64,000 nt of DNA, taken from positions 23,688,136 to 23,752,135 of the forward strand of contig JARDVH010000157.1 of the NCBI GenBank assembly GCA_030324005.1, written 5' to 3'. The notes below the pieces were generated by a model. The model did no database searches, was not told the origin of the DNA, and saw nothing but the letters and a program-made list of their open reading frames with translations. Shown one piece after another: positions 61,366 through 64,000 of this stretch (position 1 is its first letter; every line of letters begins with the position of its first letter). The DNA is from Negaprion brevirostris. Lineage: Eukaryota. Both the position numbers and the translations under genes were made by a program.

Positions 61366-61687
61366 CATAGAGTCCATACAGTGCTGAAGGAAGCCATTCG
61401 GCCCATCGAGTCTGCACTGACTACAATCCCACCCAGGCCCTATCCCTGTAACCCCACATATTTACCCTGCTAAACCTCCTGATGCGAGGTGGCAGTTCAG
61501 CATGGCCAATCCACCTGACCCACACATCTTTGGACTGTGAGAGGAAACCAGAGCACCCAGAGAAAATCCATGCAGACATGGGGAAGTATGTGCAAACTAC
61601 ACGCAGACAGTCACCCAAGCCAGGAATTGAACCTGGGTCCCTGGCGCTGTGAGGTAGCAATGCTAACACTGTGCCACTGTGCTGCCC
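61366..61687 (-). mobile_element. HE1 V-SINE, tail A
   Basis: Full head, V-domain and CR1-like tail on the minus strand. Confidence 0.9.
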
Positions 61688-61699
61688 ATTCAAGTTTTT

Positions 61700-61994
61700 A
61701 AAAAAAGTTTATTTATTAGTGTCACATGTAGGCTTACATTAATGCTGTAATGAACTCGCTGTGAAAGTCCCTGAGTCGCCATACTCCGCTGCCTCTTCGG
61801 GTTTGCTGAGGGAGAATTTAGAACGGCCAGTGCACCTAACCAGCATGTCTTTCAGACTGAGAGGAAACCAGAGCGCCTGGGGGAAACCCATGCAAATATG
61901 GAGAATACGTGCAAATTCCACGCAGACAGTGACCCAAGTGGGGAATCAAACCTGGGTCCCTGAGGCAGCAGTGCTAACCACTATGCCACCATGC
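61700..61994 (-). mobile_element. HE1-like V-SINE, tail type B
   Basis: agtttatttattagtgtcacatgtaggcttacattaa tail plus V-domain. Confidence 0.9.
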
Positions 61995-62244
61995 TGGTCT
62001 TCTATGTCCGCCTCCTGGATTTGATAGTATTCTAAAAGAGGACACAAACTATGGTCTAACCATTGACTTGTGAAAAGAAATACTTGCATTTATAAAGCAC
62101 TTTACAAGACCACTAGATGCCTCAAAGCATTTACAGCCAATTAAGCACGTGAGGTGTAGCCACTGCTGTAGTGTAGGAAAATCAGTAGCACAATTTGTGC
62201 ATAGAAAGCTCTCTCAAAACTTCCACAAACAGTAATGTGGTAAC

Positions 62245-64000
62245 CGTAGAATGGTTACAGCACAGGAGGGGGCCATTTGGACTCTTACGTCTGTCATGGC
62301 TTTCTGGAAGAGAAATCAGCTAGTCCCACTCTTCTGCTTTTCTCTACGGCCCTGCAAATCTTATCACTTTGGATAATTATCAGACTCTCTTTTGAAGGCC
62401 TCAGTTGAATCCTCCTCTATCACGCTTCGAGGTAAAGTCTTCCAGATCCTACCTATGCCCTGGGTGAAAATGTTGTTGTTCTTGTCATTTTTGCTTCTTT
62501 TGCCAGCCACCTTAATTCAAGTGTTCCCTTGTTCTGGATCCTTCTGCAGTGGGAAGAACTTCTCCCTGTCTACTCTGTCCAGAACCCTGAATAGTTTGAA
62601 AATCTCTACCAAATCTTCTCCTTGGAGAACAGCATCAGCTTCTCCAATCCATTCAGACAGCTAGAATTTTTACCTCTCAATGACTTTTCAGCATCTTCCT
62701 CCTTGGTAAAGGCAGAGACAAAGAATTAATATAGTGCCACAGCCATGTCCCCTGCCTTCATGTATAAAATCCCCATTTGGTCACTAATCTCCCCCATTCT
62801 TCTGCTTGCCATCCTTTAACTATCTGTGTGCCGAAACAAGGCATTTGGATTCTCTTCTATGTCAGCTACTAGTGTCCCCTTGTGCTCTGTTTTTGCTTCT
62901 CTTATTTTCCTTTAAACTTCACCTTTGAACTGTGTTCAACCTGGTTTTTGATTGCCTTATTCACCTGGTTCTGGATCACTTGTCTTTTTTCAAACCGAAC
63001 CTAAACTGTATGATGCAATGACCATTGATCCCTGTATGTTCCCCTACTGACACTTGACCCACTTAATTCACCAGAGTCAGATCCTGTTATGCCTCATATT
63101 TTGTTGGATTGAAGAAACATACTGATCTAGAAAATTCTCTGAAATTCACTTCATAAACTGTTCCTCCTCTCTGCTGTTTGCACTGTTACTATCCCAGCCT
63201 GTGCTAGGATAAGTAAGATTTCCCATTATAACTACTCTATAGTTTTTGCACTTATCTGCAATTTCCTTACAGGTTTGTTACTCTACATCTTTTCCCTAAT
63301 CCCAATATTGGGCAGCCCAGTGGCACAGCAGTTAGCACTGCTGCCTCACAGCACCAAGGACCTTGATTCAATTTCAGCCTCAGGTCGTTCTGTGGAGTTT
63401 CTTCATTCTCCCTTAGTTTGCATGGGTTTCCCCTGGTCGTTCTAGTATCTTCCCACAGTCCAAAAATGTGCGGGTTAAGTTGATTGGCCGTGCTAAATTG
63501 TCCCTTAGTGTCAGGGTAAATACATGGGTTTGCAGGGATCGGGCCTGGATGGAATTGTTGTCGGTGTGGGCTTGATGGGCCAAATGGCCTCTTTCTGCAC
63601 AGAGGGATCCTATGATTTTATATGGTAGCCGATAGAATCCACTCAGTAGCTTAATGGTACTTCAGTTGTTTCTTGGCTCTAACCTGGACCCTAGAGTCTA
63701 GAATATTCACTCCTTCATTAGTTGGTACTACTATCCTGCCTCCTTTCTTCCCTGAGCCTGCATCTCGCCAATCTTAACTTTTACACTCTGCACATGCACT
63801 TACACGCACAGTAAAATTAATTTAATTTAGGCTTATTGTATTCTCTCTTGTGCAGAATGCCATCCTGCTCTTGCGCGATAGTTCTCTTCCAATTTTCTGT
63901 GTTACTTGTTCTTCACTAACATTTCCTGGTTCCCACACCGCTGTCACATAAGTTTAAACCTTCCCCAATAGCACTAGCAAATATAACTCACTAGGATATT
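62245..64000 (-). mobile_element. CR1 LINE fragments (3' end, tether/APE region, ORF1 end) interrupted by HE1
   Basis: 3' UTR at 62245. gatttcccattataact APE-region motif. agtttaaaccttccccaatagcactagcaaat ORF1 end near 63950. Confidence 0.7.
63310..63620 (+). mobile_element. HE1 V-SINE, tail A
   Basis: gggcagcccagtggcacagc head, V-domain, gatgggccaaatggcctc...gggatcctatgat. Confidence 0.9.

Overview
Vertebrate genomic DNA, about 40% GC by eye, very likely from an elasmobranch (shark), judged from HE1/V-SINEs, SacSINE1/Deu-type SINEs and abundant CR1 LINEs. It comes from a gapped short-read assembly. The only host protein-coding sequence I can support is two + strand exons of FOXJ3: 46912-47229 (start codon and N-terminal half of the forkhead domain) and 53905-53979 (recognition helix). 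I found no next exon (GSYW...) in the window. The rest looks intronic or upstream and is dense in nested retroelements: CR1, an L2-like LINE, Rex1/Babar, several SINE families, Penelope-type palindromes, DNA-transposon relics and a 28-bp minisatellite. The most interesting signals are (i) two families of short palindromes that appear to be built from minimal hammerhead-ribozyme motifs, (ii) a hammerhead-core-like motif inside a tRNA-derived SINE, and (iii) V-SINEs with two different 3' tails, one CR1-like and one resembling the Rex/Babar tail. Repeat family names come from recall of consensus features rather than a database search, and repeat boundaries are approximate.
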